Shown piece by piece: positions 46,479 through 57,800 of a DNA stretch of 64,000 nt. The notes below the pieces were generated by a model. That model made no database searches, was not told the origin of the DNA, and was given only the letters and a program-made list of their open reading frames with translations. The position numbers were made by a program, and so were the translations under genes. Source of the stretch: a virus. Its lineage: Duplodnaviria; Caudoviricetes. The stretch is from positions 15,601 through 79,600 of IMG/VR virus record IMGVR_UViG_3300022407_004352. One strand, written 5' to 3'. Every line of letters starts with the position of its first letter. Position 1 is the first letter of the stretch.

Positions 46479-46636
46479 AAGAGCAGCTAATGTCTTTAGA
46501 GGGTCAGTATTTTTATGTATGCCAGGCTAAGTTTAATTTTTCAGAGCAGGAATTCAGAAGCCTACCTTATAGCAGAAGGTTAAGGTACATAAAGATAGCA
46601 TCGGATTATTTTGAATTAAAAAACAAAACACAATGA
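46454..46636 (+). other. Programmed -1 frameshift site (T TTT TTC) and gpGT-like extension
   Basis: Heptamer at 46454-46460; the -1 frame is open to TGA 46634-36, which overlaps the TMP start. Confidence 0.75.
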
Positions 46637-48678
46637 TAAGTATCGGATCGAGTACTATGGGCATAGGCTTAGCGATTCACCTAAGGGATAACTTTAGTTC
46701 GAGAGCTCGTACTATAAGTAGAGAATTCGATAACTTATATGGAAATGCGAGAAGAGCTCAGGATGCTAACCTTAGAGCTGCTAGAAATATCTCTGCTGGA
46801 GTAGCAATAGCAGGAGTAATGGGTGTAAAAGGAATAGCCAACATGTATAAGACTGCTGCTGACTACGACTTCATCATGCGTACCATAAAGGTACTAACGG
46901 GAGCTACTGCTCAGCAGTTTAGTATGTTAGATGCTACAATCACGGATTTGGGTACAAACTCAATCTACACTATTAATGAAGTTGCATCCGCAATGGAGTA
47001 TCTAGTAAGATCGGGATTCTCAATGAATCAAGGTCTACAGGCATTACCCGGAATTGTAAACCTAGGAGCTGCCGCAGGTGGTGCTACTATAGGTGGTAAA
47101 GGGGGCATAGGAGATATTCTAGCCTCTATTATGCATGAGTTTAATCTAGCTGCACCCCAAGCTACTCAAGTAGCTAACGTATTAGCTAAGGCTGCAAATA
47201 CTTCGGCATCCGATGTAACGGATTTGGGACAAGCTTTAAAGTATACAGCGGGTAATGCCCACAAGTTAGGGTTTAGTTTAGAAGAAACTCTGGCTATGCT
47301 CACTACATTATCAAATGCCGGATTAAAAGGGGGTGTAGCAGGTCGTGGAACTAATGCTATGCTATCATATCTTGCCAGAGCTGCATCCTCATTCCGAACC
47401 GGAAGACAGGCGGATGCCTTTAAAGCAATGGGTCTAGGTATAGAAGAGATAGTAGATGGTTCTGGTAATTTAAAACCCATGATCCAAATACTCGATGTCT
47501 TTGGTAAGAAACTTCAAAAAATGAGTACCATTGAAGCTTCCGGTGCATTATCCGCATTATTTATGATGAGGGGTGAAAGAACCATGATTCCTTTACTGGA
47601 GAAATCCATAAAGATCGGTTACAACTTTGCGGATTCCTATGAGGAGTTAATGAAGAGGAGTGATGGGTATGCCGAAAATATTGCTAATAACTTAATGGCT
47701 GGACCCAAAGGTTCAATCATGAGGATCACTGATACCGTTGTGGCATTTAAGAATACTGTAGGTAAGATACTCGAACCCTATGTGGAACCCCTGTTAAAAG
47801 GATTGATCAATGTGATACAGGGACTAATTGCCTTTGCTAAAACTCCTCTAGGCCATGCTTTCGTATTAGCTGCTACGGGTCTAAGCATAGCAGCAGCAGT
47901 AGGGGGAACTCTATTAGCTACTATGATTGCCATTAAATTAGCTACATTTGGGGGCATGGTTAGTATAGGAAACATGGGGAAAGCTATAGCTTGGGCCTGG
48001 AACTCTGCTGCCGCTGCGGCTATGAGATATGGCTTAGTATCAAGGGGAGTAACTCAGGTAGGACCCGGAGTAGTAGCTATTAAAGGGATGAAGGGTTTTC
48101 AGAAGGTAAGTCCGGGTATGCCAGGATTCTTTGGAGCAATGGGTGGAACTGCGGGGGGAGGTAAGGGACTATTGGGAGCTACCAGTAGATTGACCGGTCT
48201 ATTTGGGATATTGGGAAGAGCTTTAAAAGTAGTTACCGGACCAATAGGTTGGATAGGAACTATACTAGGAGCCTTGTTTGGCTTTAAGAATATTATTAAA
48301 TCCGTGATCTTTGGCCTAGGTATGTTTTTAAATTCCATACTATATGTAGTGGATGTACTAAGAGCTCTTGATCCTTTTGGATCAGCTACATTAGAGGATG
48401 CCAATGAGAACTTCCAAAAGAGAACCCGAGCTATGTACAAGGGCCTGGGTTTTGATGACTCGGGTATACTAAATAAGAAAGTACCCGATGCCGTTAACCG
48501 GAAGATCATTGGTTTTGATGAGACGATGAAAAAGAATATGCAAGCTGGACAAGCTGCTAAGGAAGCTTATATGAAAAAGAATAAACTCCAACTAAACATG
48601 GATGGTCAGAAAGTAGGAGAGATAGTTTGGCAGCAAAGGGGTGAGGAACTAAGACAACTTTTGGAAACTAAAAACTAA
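46633..48678 (+). CDS. Tail tape measure protein (TP901-type core)
   Basis: VLAKAAN.SA.DV.DLG.ALKY...EETLA....L...GL.G..AG. Confidence 0.9.
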   Translation: MISIGSSTMGIGLAIHLRDNFSSRARTISREFDNLYGNARRAQDANLRAARNISAGVAIAGVMGVKGIANMYKTAADYDFIMRTIKVLTGATAQQFSMLDATITDLGTNSIYTINEVASAMEYLVRSGFSMNQGLQALPGIVNLGAAAGGATIGGKGGIGDILASIMHEFNLAAPQATQVANVLAKAANTSASDVTDLGQALKYTAGNAHKLGFSLEETLAMLTTLSNAGLKGGVAGRGTNAMLSYLARAASSFRTGRQADAFKAMGLGIEEIVDGSGNLKPMIQILDVFGKKLQKMSTIEASGALSALFMMRGERTMIPLLEKSIKIGYNFADSYEELMKRSDGYAENIANNLMAGPKGSIMRITDTVVAFKNTVGKILEPYVEPLLKGLINVIQGLIAFAKTPLGHAFVLAATGLSIAAAVGGTLLATMIAIKLATFGGMVSIGNMGKAIAWAWNSAAAAAMRYGLVSRGVTQVGPGVVAIKGMKGFQKVSPGMPGFFGAMGGTAGGGKGLLGATSRLTGLFGILGRALKVVTGPIGWIGTILGALFGFKNIIKSVIFGLGMFLNSILYVVDVLRALDPFGSATLEDANENFQKRTRAMYKGLGFDDSGILNKKVPDAVNRKIIGFDETMKKNMQAGQAAKEAYMKKNKLQLNMDGQKVGEIVWQQRGEELRQLLETKN

Positions 48679-49244
48679 TGGCAAAGAGCGTAAGTGAGTT
48701 ACTAAAGAAGAGGTATATAAACCCCCTGTTTGGATTACCCAAACAAAGGGAGGTAGACATACCTAAATCTACACCATCCAATATGTGGTTGGTCAGATTG
48801 GACAGTCGGGGGGCAGAAGTAGAAAGCCTAAGGATACAAACTGTTCCACTGGAGATTAGTGTAGAACCTACTTCAAATTGGGCTGTGATACCATCCATCG
48901 GAAGAAACAACCCTTTCTACCACTACACTGGGGGTGAGGACATAATATCCTTTACTTTGGATTGGTACTCAGTAGACCCCCTTAGAACTGATGTTATTAA
49001 AAAATGCCGATGGGTAGAGTCTCTATCAAAAGCCAATGGTTATAAAGACCAACCGCCCCGGATGTTATTAGTTTATGGGAATCTATACAGATTCAATACC
49101 TGGATAATTGAAAGCGCTCAATACAGAATATCACTCTTTGACAAGGAGCAGGGAATGTTACCAAGACAAGCTTACCAAGAAATCATTTTAAAGAAGGTTA
49201 CAGATAGGAACTCAGGCATTAATGATATAAGGTATGTCAATTAA
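48678..49244 (+). CDS. Tail tube initiator/baseplate protein
   Basis: GRNNPFYHYTGGED motif; position. Confidence 0.65.
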   Translation: MAKSVSELLKKRYINPLFGLPKQREVDIPKSTPSNMWLVRLDSRGAEVESLRIQTVPLEISVEPTSNWAVIPSIGRNNPFYHYTGGEDIISFTLDWYSVDPLRTDVIKKCRWVESLSKANGYKDQPPRMLLVYGNLYRFNTWIIESAQYRISLFDKEQGMLPRQAYQEIILKKVTDRNSGINDIRYVN

Positions 49245-49533
49245 ACTATCAGAATCCAACCCTTTTGCTACGGGTTTTATAGTGGAGTTTCCGGAAGGGG
49301 ACTCCATTCTTCAGCGTAAGGAGCTTATATATGAACCCTCTGCATCCAAAGACATAACCCATGTAACTACTGAGGGGGATACCATTTATGGTCTAGCCTA
49401 CAAATACTATGGGGATGATAAATGGTGGCATGTTATTGCAGATGCTAACCAACTATATAACCCATTCGATCTACAGCTGGGCCTGGAACTATTAATACCT
49501 GACTTAGATGTAGCTAAAGCTTTAAGAGTATAA
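49234..49533 (+). CDS. LysM-domain baseplate protein (gpX-like)
   Basis: HVTTEGDTIYGLAYKYYGD..WW..IADAN.L.NP..L..G..L.IP. Confidence 0.9.
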   Translation: MSIKLSESNPFATGFIVEFPEGDSILQRKELIYEPSASKDITHVTTEGDTIYGLAYKYYGDDKWWHVIADANQLYNPFDLQLGLELLIPDLDVAKALRV

Positions 49534-49534
49534 T

Positions 49535-51124
49535 ATGGATAACGGATATGGCTCAGTATTTGTTAGGGTTTTTAATGCCACGGGTTCAGTAGTATTTGAT
49601 ACTGTAACTAGATTAACCTATAAGCACTCGGATAAAGCTGATGACTATAGCACTATAGTAATAGAATCCGGTGACATATCCATTATGGATAGCCCTGATC
49701 TTCAAGAGCACAAAGCCCTTATCTTAGTATGGGGTTATTTAAACGGTAAAACTAGAACTCATAAAGTCTATATATGGGATATTAAACCTACCTTTGGAGC
49801 CCTGGGGCTAAGACTGGAGATTGTAGCTTATTGCAAAGCCGCCTATCTAAAACTTACCTCATCCAAAGATGTCTACAATGGGCAGGGAATGGATGATATT
49901 GCTCAAGAGATTGCCCAAGCCTACGGTTTAGAATATCAAGAAGAAGGATTACTCCAGCCGGCTAGTGAAACTAACGATCCAGTAGTACCAAAAATTGAGA
50001 CTGATGTAACAGGGATAAAAACTGAATCGGTATTAAATTTAAAAACAAACCTAATTACACAGGCAAGGGATAATACCGCATATGTGAAATACAACTTCAA
50101 GAAATATGACGGGGGAGTTCCACAAGCTGGGGCAAGTGATAAAAAATTACTGGACAAGTTGGCAGAAGATGAACCCACATATAACCTTGTAGTAGATGGG
50201 CATGATGACTTACTGATCATTCGTAGAAGAGATTTATACCAGAAAGCCTATAAAAGCTATACCTACAAATCTGAGCCTGGATTCTTACTGGAATTTACTC
50301 CGGCTACTAAAAACTCAAATAACCAAAAAGGAATATCAAATACAGTACAGGGTTGGATTGATGAGGATAAGGAGTTTGTAGAAGGGGAGGTAAACTCCAG
50401 TCACTCTGGGGCGGGTGCCCTGGGAGATATGGTGGAGATGAGTACCGAAGAGATCATCCGTAGGAAACTATATAAGGAAAGTTCAAACCCGGTAGGTCAG
50501 AATACAACGATTAATGGGTTCTTTAATGAAACCTACGAAGGACAAGATGAGAACGGAAACCCCATCTATAAACGAGTTCTAGTGGAAAAATTGGATAGTA
50601 CGAAGACTTCATGGGCGCATATCACGAAGAGAGGGACTAGAGCATCTCAACTGGACCTACAGAGAAATTCCATAACTGCTGCGATAGATAATACGGGAAG
50701 AGTGGAACTGAATGGTTTTATTCCGGTTACAGCTAAAGAAGTTGTTCAAACTATTGAGGATAACAAAGAAGACATAGCAGGAGCAGGAGTTAACAGACAG
50801 TCCAAAGCTCAGCTGGAGTTAACCGAGGCATCCGCAGAGATACTGGGTGATCCGGATTTAGAATCTGCTAAGGTAATAACCATACTAAACGTATCCAAAA
50901 GGTATTCCGGAAATTATTACATATCCTGTGTTACTCATGAGGTTGTACCAGAATCCGGGTATTTATGTTACCTAGATTTAATGCGCAATGCTTTAACAAA
51001 AACTGGTGATGAGGGCCCTAATAAAATTGATGTAAGAACTCTTGGAATAGATACTAATCTATCACCCGGAATACCCAATGATGGGACTCGTGAATTATTA
51101 ACCATTAACCCCATAAAGGATTGA
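49535..51124 (+). CDS. Baseplate hub (gp27/late control D-like)
   Basis: C-terminal GDPDL.....I.I.NV.KRYSG.YYI..VTH....GY.C.L. Confidence 0.8.
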   Translation: MDNGYGSVFVRVFNATGSVVFDTVTRLTYKHSDKADDYSTIVIESGDISIMDSPDLQEHKALILVWGYLNGKTRTHKVYIWDIKPTFGALGLRLEIVAYCKAAYLKLTSSKDVYNGQGMDDIAQEIAQAYGLEYQEEGLLQPASETNDPVVPKIETDVTGIKTESVLNLKTNLITQARDNTAYVKYNFKKYDGGVPQAGASDKKLLDKLAEDEPTYNLVVDGHDDLLIIRRRDLYQKAYKSYTYKSEPGFLLEFTPATKNSNNQKGISNTVQGWIDEDKEFVEGEVNSSHSGAGALGDMVEMSTEEIIRRKLYKESSNPVGQNTTINGFFNETYEGQDENGNPIYKRVLVEKLDSTKTSWAHITKRGTRASQLDLQRNSITAAIDNTGRVELNGFIPVTAKEVVQTIEDNKEDIAGAGVNRQSKAQLELTEASAEILGDPDLESAKVITILNVSKRYSGNYYISCVTHEVVPESGYLCYLDLMRNALTKTGDEGPNKIDVRTLGIDTNLSPGIPNDGTRELLTINPIKD

Positions 51125-51783
51125 AAGAGTTAGTAAATTATATACATGACTTAGTATACCAAGGACTGGAGAAAATGGGTCTATACTACTCGGTATATCG
51201 TGGCTTTGTATATGATAATGATGACCCCAAAGGTTATGGGAGATTAAAACTATCCGTACCTGAAGTTTATGGGGATATGGTTCTAAATACTTGGGCATGG
51301 CCCGTAGGAAATTTTGCGGGAAAGAATTATGGAGTTCAATGCTTACCACAAAGAAATGATCTAGTATGGGTTAAGTTTGAAAAGGGAAACCCACGTAAAC
51401 CGGTATGGCAATATGGCTATTTTGGTAAAGGAGAAAAACCAGCAGACTTAACAAATCCAAACCTGATCTGGTTTATAACCCCGAAACAAAACAAGATCAT
51501 CATTGATGATGAGGCAGGAAAGATCACATTTATTTCCAATACCGGAAGGCTAATAGAATTGACTGACAAAATTGCTTTGGGTAAAGAGGGTCCCGCTTCT
51601 CATCCGGTAGCATTGGGAGATACTACTCAGGACAAGCTCGAAGCTCTTATAGATATTCTTTTGAATATGAAAGTAATGACTGCGTTAGGACCTCAACCCA
51701 TGATGCCCATATTCCTAGTGCAACTAGAGCAACTAAAGCAGACATTATCACAGATTAAGTCAACTATAACAACTACAGAATGA
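51121..51783 (+). CDS. Baseplate central spike (gp5/gpV OB-fold)
   Basis: YRG.V.DN.DP...GRLKL.VP...WA.P...P...D.VWV.FE.G.P..P.W. Confidence 0.9.
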   Translation: MKELVNYIHDLVYQGLEKMGLYYSVYRGFVYDNDDPKGYGRLKLSVPEVYGDMVLNTWAWPVGNFAGKNYGVQCLPQRNDLVWVKFEKGNPRKPVWQYGYFGKGEKPADLTNPNLIWFITPKQNKIIIDDEAGKITFISNTGRLIELTDKIALGKEGPASHPVALGDTTQDKLEALIDILLNMKVMTALGPQPMMPIFLVQLEQLKQTLSQIKSTITTTE

Positions 51784-51992
51784 GCTTAGCAACACAGAGA
51801 CCCACTTTGAAAGCCGCCTTGCTTGCATTAGCAAATACAACTAATGATGAGAAGACCAAAGATGAGGCTATTGATGAGTTTTTGGATGCTCTGGAAAACT
51901 GGCTAGTAAATGCTACGGTAACTGTACCCGGAACAGGCTTAACCTCACCGAGTGGGCCAGTGACTGGTATATCTCAAGGAACTCTATCATAG
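51780..51992 (+). CDS. Small spike-tip-like protein
   Basis: Follows the spike gene; TVTVPGTG...GPVTG...G.L. Confidence 0.45.
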   Translation: MSLATQRPTLKAALLALANTTNDEKTKDEAIDEFLDALENWLVNATVTVPGTGLTSPSGPVTGISQGTLS

Positions 51993-51998
51993 ATTAGC

Positions 51999-52388
51999 AT
52001 GGCAGTAAACTACATAGGTAAAGGTTTAGTATTCCCCATCATTATTGACAATGGGGGTTCCCCGGTAACAGCTACCGGGTTTGATCTTGTTAATAGCTCC
52101 ATACGAATGATTATTGGGTGGTCACTAAGAACTCGTATCTTCATATCCGGTTTTGGAAGTCCCGTGGAATCTCTAATAGAAGAGCCCAATGATGATTTAT
52201 TAAAAGGCATCGCTGAGTACTTTATTTATCAAGCCTTAACCAAATGGGAGAAACGAATAGACCTACAGGATGTAGTAGTAACAAGAACTGTTCCTGAAAA
52301 ATTAGACATAGAGATCAAATACAAACTGAAGGCTTCAGGACTTGAAGAGATTTTAATATACCCATTCTATACTTCCATAATTGCATAA
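51999..52388 (+). CDS. Baseplate wedge protein (gp25/gpW-like)
   Basis: G.G..FP...SI..I......R.F...FGS.....I.EPND...WEKRI. Confidence 0.9.
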   Translation: MAVNYIGKGLVFPIIIDNGGSPVTATGFDLVNSSIRMIIGWSLRTRIFISGFGSPVESLIEEPNDDLLKGIAEYFIYQALTKWEKRIDLQDVVVTRTVPEKLDIEIKYKLKASGLEEILIYPFYTSIIA

Positions 52389-52391
52389 GAT

Positions 52392-54053
52392 ATGAGCTCC
52401 GTAAAAAATGATTGGATAGGTTACCTGGACAGGTCATATCAACAAATCAAAACTTCTTTGTTGGCTCGGATTACAACCTCTAATCCGGAAATGACAGACC
52501 ATAGTGAGTCAAACCCGCTCATTATTTTTATTGGTATGTTTTCTGGTGTAGCGGAGATGCTGGGTTTTTATGTGGACAATGCGGCTAGGGAGAGTCATAT
52601 AGCTGTTGCTCGTAGGCGGTCATCCATTATTTTGGAATCTAAAATACTGGACTACCGAATTAAAGCAAGATACCCGGAACAAGTAGATTTACTAATAACT
52701 TGGAATGCTGCCATACCTGCAGCTTTTACTCTACAGTCGGGATTTACTATACAGAGTGATACGGGAGTATTATACCGATTATTAAATGACACTACTATCT
52801 TACTAGGAGCTCTGGTATCTTCCATACCCATAAGTCAAGAAGCCCCTATTACTCTAAACTTTACTACTGATGGTTCAAAAAATCAACGGGTAAACTTAGG
52901 TACAAGTTATGTACAGAATCGGATGGATTTAACTATAGCTCCCTATAGCTATACCGAGGTAGAAACTTTTGCAAACTCTGGGCCAAGCGATAAACATTAT
53001 ATTATTGATATTGAGAGTGATGATAATGCTTACCTAATTTTGGGGGATGGTATAAATGGGTACCTACCTACAAATGCCTCACCCGGAGTTGCCAACTATA
53101 ATACTACTCTGGGTCCTACAGGAAAAGTCGGAGCGGGTAAGTTTGTAGCATCTACAATAGTGGTTAATGGGGTATTACCCGGGGGCGTAACTATTACCTC
53201 CGCCAATTCTTTAATAAATTCTTCGGGTGGAGCTTTCTATGAAGATACCGAGAAGATACGAACTAACAGTATAAGAAGTATAAGAACCCTGCAAAGAATG
53301 GTTACGAAGACTGACCATGAGTTTGTAATTGATAATGTAGCGGGAGTTGCTAAATCAAAAGTTAACTTCGATTGCGGAAAAACTATTGACATCTATATAG
53401 TACCAGAGGGTGGGGGTGTAGCTCAAACTCTTTTGATAAGTGCTGCCCAAACTAGAGCAGAGGAAACAAAGATGGTAGCTACTTTTCCAGTAGTAAGGCC
53501 TGCGGGAGAAACTCGGCTAGTAGTAGGAGCTGATGTAACAGCTAAAAAAAGAAAATCCCTAGTAGCAACAAGAGTGCAGGTAGAGAATGCTTTGGTGGAA
53601 TTTGGGTTAGTAGCTAACCAAGAAATCAATGGTGCCATAAGACTATCCGACTTACAGGCCTTGATTGATAACCAAACTAATGTAGAATTTGTGGACATCA
53701 TTAAGATGTACACGATTCCATATGCTAGACCCATTGATCATACGAATATTTTAAACTGGACCAATGAGACAACAGTTTTATCAACAGTGCCTATAGCATG
53801 GGGTTTGGAATTCGATGGGGTATTATTCAGAGTATTCAGAGAAAGCGTATTCTTAGGAACTATCGCAATTAACTCTCAGTTTACTCAACCCGAATTCTTT
53901 TTTACGATAGCTGCCGGTAGTTATGTAGCAGGAAACACCTATACCTTTACTACTATGCCCTATTTAAAAAATCTACAACTAATCGACTTTACGATATTCA
54001 CTATTCAAGTAGGTGACTTAAACATCAACGTTCTTCCTAACCCAGTAGTATGA
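52392..54053 (+). CDS. Baseplate J-like wedge protein
   Basis: D..Y..I...L......PE.TD.SES.PL; SGGA..E..E.IR...; RMVT..D..F...GV.K. Confidence 0.88.
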   Translation: MSSVKNDWIGYLDRSYQQIKTSLLARITTSNPEMTDHSESNPLIIFIGMFSGVAEMLGFYVDNAARESHIAVARRRSSIILESKILDYRIKARYPEQVDLLITWNAAIPAAFTLQSGFTIQSDTGVLYRLLNDTTILLGALVSSIPISQEAPITLNFTTDGSKNQRVNLGTSYVQNRMDLTIAPYSYTEVETFANSGPSDKHYIIDIESDDNAYLILGDGINGYLPTNASPGVANYNTTLGPTGKVGAGKFVASTIVVNGVLPGGVTITSANSLINSSGGAFYEDTEKIRTNSIRSIRTLQRMVTKTDHEFVIDNVAGVAKSKVNFDCGKTIDIYIVPEGGGVAQTLLISAAQTRAEETKMVATFPVVRPAGETRLVVGADVTAKKRKSLVATRVQVENALVEFGLVANQEINGAIRLSDLQALIDNQTNVEFVDIIKMYTIPYARPIDHTNILNWTNETTVLSTVPIAWGLEFDGVLFRVFRESVFLGTIAINSQFTQPEFFFTIAAGSYVAGNTYTFTTMPYLKNLQLIDFTIFTIQVGDLNINVLPNPVV

Positions 54054-54814
54054 TAGTTGCTTTTGTAAAAAAATCCTTACCCGACTACATTATACAAAAT
54101 GATTCCTACAAGGACATTAATGGTAAGGGTTTTGTAGAAAGGTACTTAGAAATCTTTGGGCTGGAGTTGGATGAGGATTTAGTACCCTATATTGAGGACT
54201 TAGTTATTCAAAAGAATCCGATACTTGCAGACATTAAATTCTTGGATAACCTGGCTATAATGATGGGGGATACTCCGGACTTCTCACAGGATACTGCTCA
54301 TTACCGAAACATTATCTCTTTCATAGTCGCTATCTACAGAATCAAGGGTACAAAAAAATCCTACCAATCCATCTTATATGGTTTAGGTTTATTTAACACT
54401 GCTATACTTGAGATACCTCTGATCTCAATAGAGTATGATGATGTACTAGTGGAGTATGATGCAGTAGAAGAGTTTGAGTATGATATAAGTTGCTTAACTT
54501 GTTCAGATTACAATATCTCTACTGAAGGATTAGCAGTGATGACTGCCGAACTTTATAATCAAATTCTTAGCTTGGTGGAACTTGTTGAACCCATCAATGC
54601 GAAACTAGGCTCCATAATATATAACACTATAGAAATCATACCAGTATTCATATCTGTTACCATTGACGGGAATGGTGATCTAGTATATGAAAATGCTGCA
54701 GACCCGGGGTTAATACTTACTTTGGATTCCAATGGAGACTTGATCATATCTGGTCCCCAGGCGGCACAATATTTCATTAATGCGAATGGCGATTTAATAT
54801 ATATACCATTATGA
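54050..54814 (+). CDS. Baseplate wedge/tail protein (P2 gpI-like)
   Basis: LP.YI...D; FL..LA...G; Y..KGT. Confidence 0.7.
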   Translation: MIVAFVKKSLPDYIIQNDSYKDINGKGFVERYLEIFGLELDEDLVPYIEDLVIQKNPILADIKFLDNLAIMMGDTPDFSQDTAHYRNIISFIVAIYRIKGTKKSYQSILYGLGLFNTAILEIPLISIEYDDVLVEYDAVEEFEYDISCLTCSDYNISTEGLAVMTAELYNQILSLVELVEPINAKLGSIIYNTIEIIPVFISVTIDGNGDLVYENAADPGLILTLDSNGDLIISGPQAAQYFINANGDLIYIPL

Positions 54815-57800
54815 GTATAAATTTAGGCAACGTAGTAGGACTATTGAGGAGCCAAACACCTCCTACTAAGAAGTATCTGCTCTGGGCAAAAGTATTAAAT
54901 CCAACATTTCCGGACATAGTAGAAATCAATTACTGGGATGAGGTAAGCTTAGCATGGACCCCAGTAACTGATTCCACTACACAGTACTGGCTTAGGCCTG
55001 TAATATCCATAGCTACTGCACCACCAGTATCTCCGGTAGAGGGGGATAGACACTTAGTAGCTCCCACGGGAGCGACCGGAGCGTTTTCCGGAAAGGAAGA
55101 TCAGGTAGCTACTTGGAGAAACTTGGCTTGGGTATTTACCATTCCACTGGATGGTTATATTGTATCCAATAGAGCTGAGGTAAATAAACTATATGACTAT
55201 CGGGGTACTTATGGATCAGGTGGGGATTGGTTTGAGAATGACTTTCAAGTACCCATTGCTCCAGGTACTTATATACCATCGACCGAGAAGGGTGCTGCAC
55301 TAGGAGTAGTACCCTTAGATGTTAATACAAAAATATTATTCAACTACATCAATGGAAGTACTCTACCATTTACCCCAATAAACCCGGGTGATTGGTTAGG
55401 AGGTACTGACAATGTATGGAGTGCACTGGAGCAGGTTAGAACCCTAGCAGCTATAGGAGCTAGTGTATTAACCAATGGTAGTGGAACTACGGCATCCGGT
55501 ACAACTCTTAACCTGGGGGGATCATTAAGTGCCGATGCTAATCTAATAATACCTGCGAGTACTTTTGTTAAATTTACCGATAACCTAGCCCAGGAATCCT
55601 ATTTACGTACGGGTAGAAATGTAAACCTGTTTGAAACAGTAGGCTTATATCGGAACGACTCAATACCGGCTGATACTCTAGCTTTAACTATAAAGAACAC
55701 GGAGTTTAGGTCTTTTATAACTCAGAATATAGGAACTATTGGAAGCACCCTTCTTATCAACGGAACAGGACAGTTACTATCATCCATAGGGGGTGGGGGA
55801 GTTAACCAGAGTGATATTACTAACCAGTATGCTACCGGTATAACTATCACCCAGGCGGGCACAGGAAGATTCTTCGGAGCAGCAGCAGATTATAGTGCTC
55901 AATATACAAATAGGTCCTATATAGATAAGGGCTTTGCTGATGCTACCTATATCTCCATTCTTGCGGGTGATTATTGGTCACGATCAAGCGGGGGAATATT
56001 AACATCACCAAACGTAATAGATTTCAGTACCTACAGTTTAACTTTTACAGGTACTACTGGTCAAATATTCTTTTCTTCTGATGGTTACATAGATTTTACT
56101 ACTACTGGACTTTCAGGTATTAACATGAATGCTCCAATAGTCAATCTTAGTACTAATAGTTTTTATGTAGGGGGTCTTCTAAGTAATTTAACTGTTACGG
56201 ATTCTTTTGGAGGTGGGTTTATTGTCAATACTCCTGATGGTAATATTGAAATTGATCCAACAAAGCTTAGATTATCAACCTATATTAATTCAATTCGTTT
56301 AGATTCTGGTGGGTCTATCTATCTAACAACGGATACTGATAACCTTTATTTTCAAGTAGACGGTACACTTGATGTAGATGTAAATGAAGGCTATGTAGTA
56401 AGTGGTCCTATTCTGACTTTTGAGGGTATACGGTATAATGCTAACTACTCTACGAATTACACAATTCGTTCATTAATTGATAAGGGTTATGCAGATGCTA
56501 CTTATGCTGCTTTAACTAGTGCATCAATCTCATTTGTAACCGACAGTTTTTCAGTAAACCCCATCAGCGGGGGAGGCATGGGTTACTCAACCTCCGGTTT
56601 TGAGATCAATCTTCCGGACGGTTCATTTCTATACTTTAACGATTTACAAGGCTTTAAGATACTAACTGTAAGCAATCCAATAGAGATTGTATCAGGAACA
56701 AGTATAGAAATAACTGCAATAGGTGTGGATGTAATTGTGGACACGGAGTTTACAATACATGGACCAGTTCTTACTTTTCAAGGAGCAGAGTATAGCAATG
56801 ATTTTTCTGCTAACTATACCCTAAGGTCACTAATAGATAAGGGCTATGCCGATTCCAATTACTTACGTACGGGTGGAACAAGTACCTTATCAAGTAACCT
56901 CCTCATTGATAGTACTAATATCTATGGTATAGATATAGGTCTGCCTGGTCAATTATTAACTTACTTTAATGTAAATGCCTCAACTGCACAACTTAGCGCT
57001 GATGATGGAGTTTCGACTGCCTCTCTTTCACTTTTACCCAATAATTTTACTCTCTCAATTAGCTATGGCACCTCTTTAGCAGGAACTCCATCAAATATAT
57101 TGATTGATGGTGATAATGGTACATTTCAAGGATTAGTCTATAATCAAGACTTTAGTAACGAGTTTGTAGCTGGAAGTTTAATTAACAAAGGATATACTGA
57201 TCTTACATATGCTCCCCTACTTGGGGGCACTAATGTTACAAACTTTGGTATTGGAGTTACAGCAACTCATAAACTTCACATACAAAGTAGTGATGGAATA
57301 ACAGATACAAATCTACTTCTAATACAAGATGATCTAGCAGCATACATACTTCAGCTTACTTTATCGGCAGGAGCTGGCTATCTAGAAATTAATGCACGGG
57401 CTTACATAGATTCTCCTACTGATATTAGCTTCTACGCAGGCACATATTTTATGGTAACAGCCGGTAGCTACATTGACATGTCGACAAATGATTACATTAA
57501 TATAACAGCTGGTACAACTCTTACTCTAGCATCTCTTGGGAATCATATTAATATAACTTCAGCAGATCAAGTGATCATAACTTCAGCAATGGGCACAAGT
57601 ATAGAGGGTAATATATTGGTAAATACAAATGGGTTAGGGTTTTATGGAACTCTTCCAGTACTTAAAGCTACTGCACTTACAGCCGCTTTAACAACAGTTA
57701 CCTTTACAGCACCTGGAACTCCCGACTATGACTATGGAGTTGGTACAAATAGCTCTGCTTGGGGATGGTCATCAAGTGATGAGTTTACTTCTGCTATAAG

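Noticed and set aside
43547-54814. eCIS/tailocin/T6SS locus
   Set aside because: It is contiguous with terminase, portal, capsid and replication genes, so it is a complete phage.
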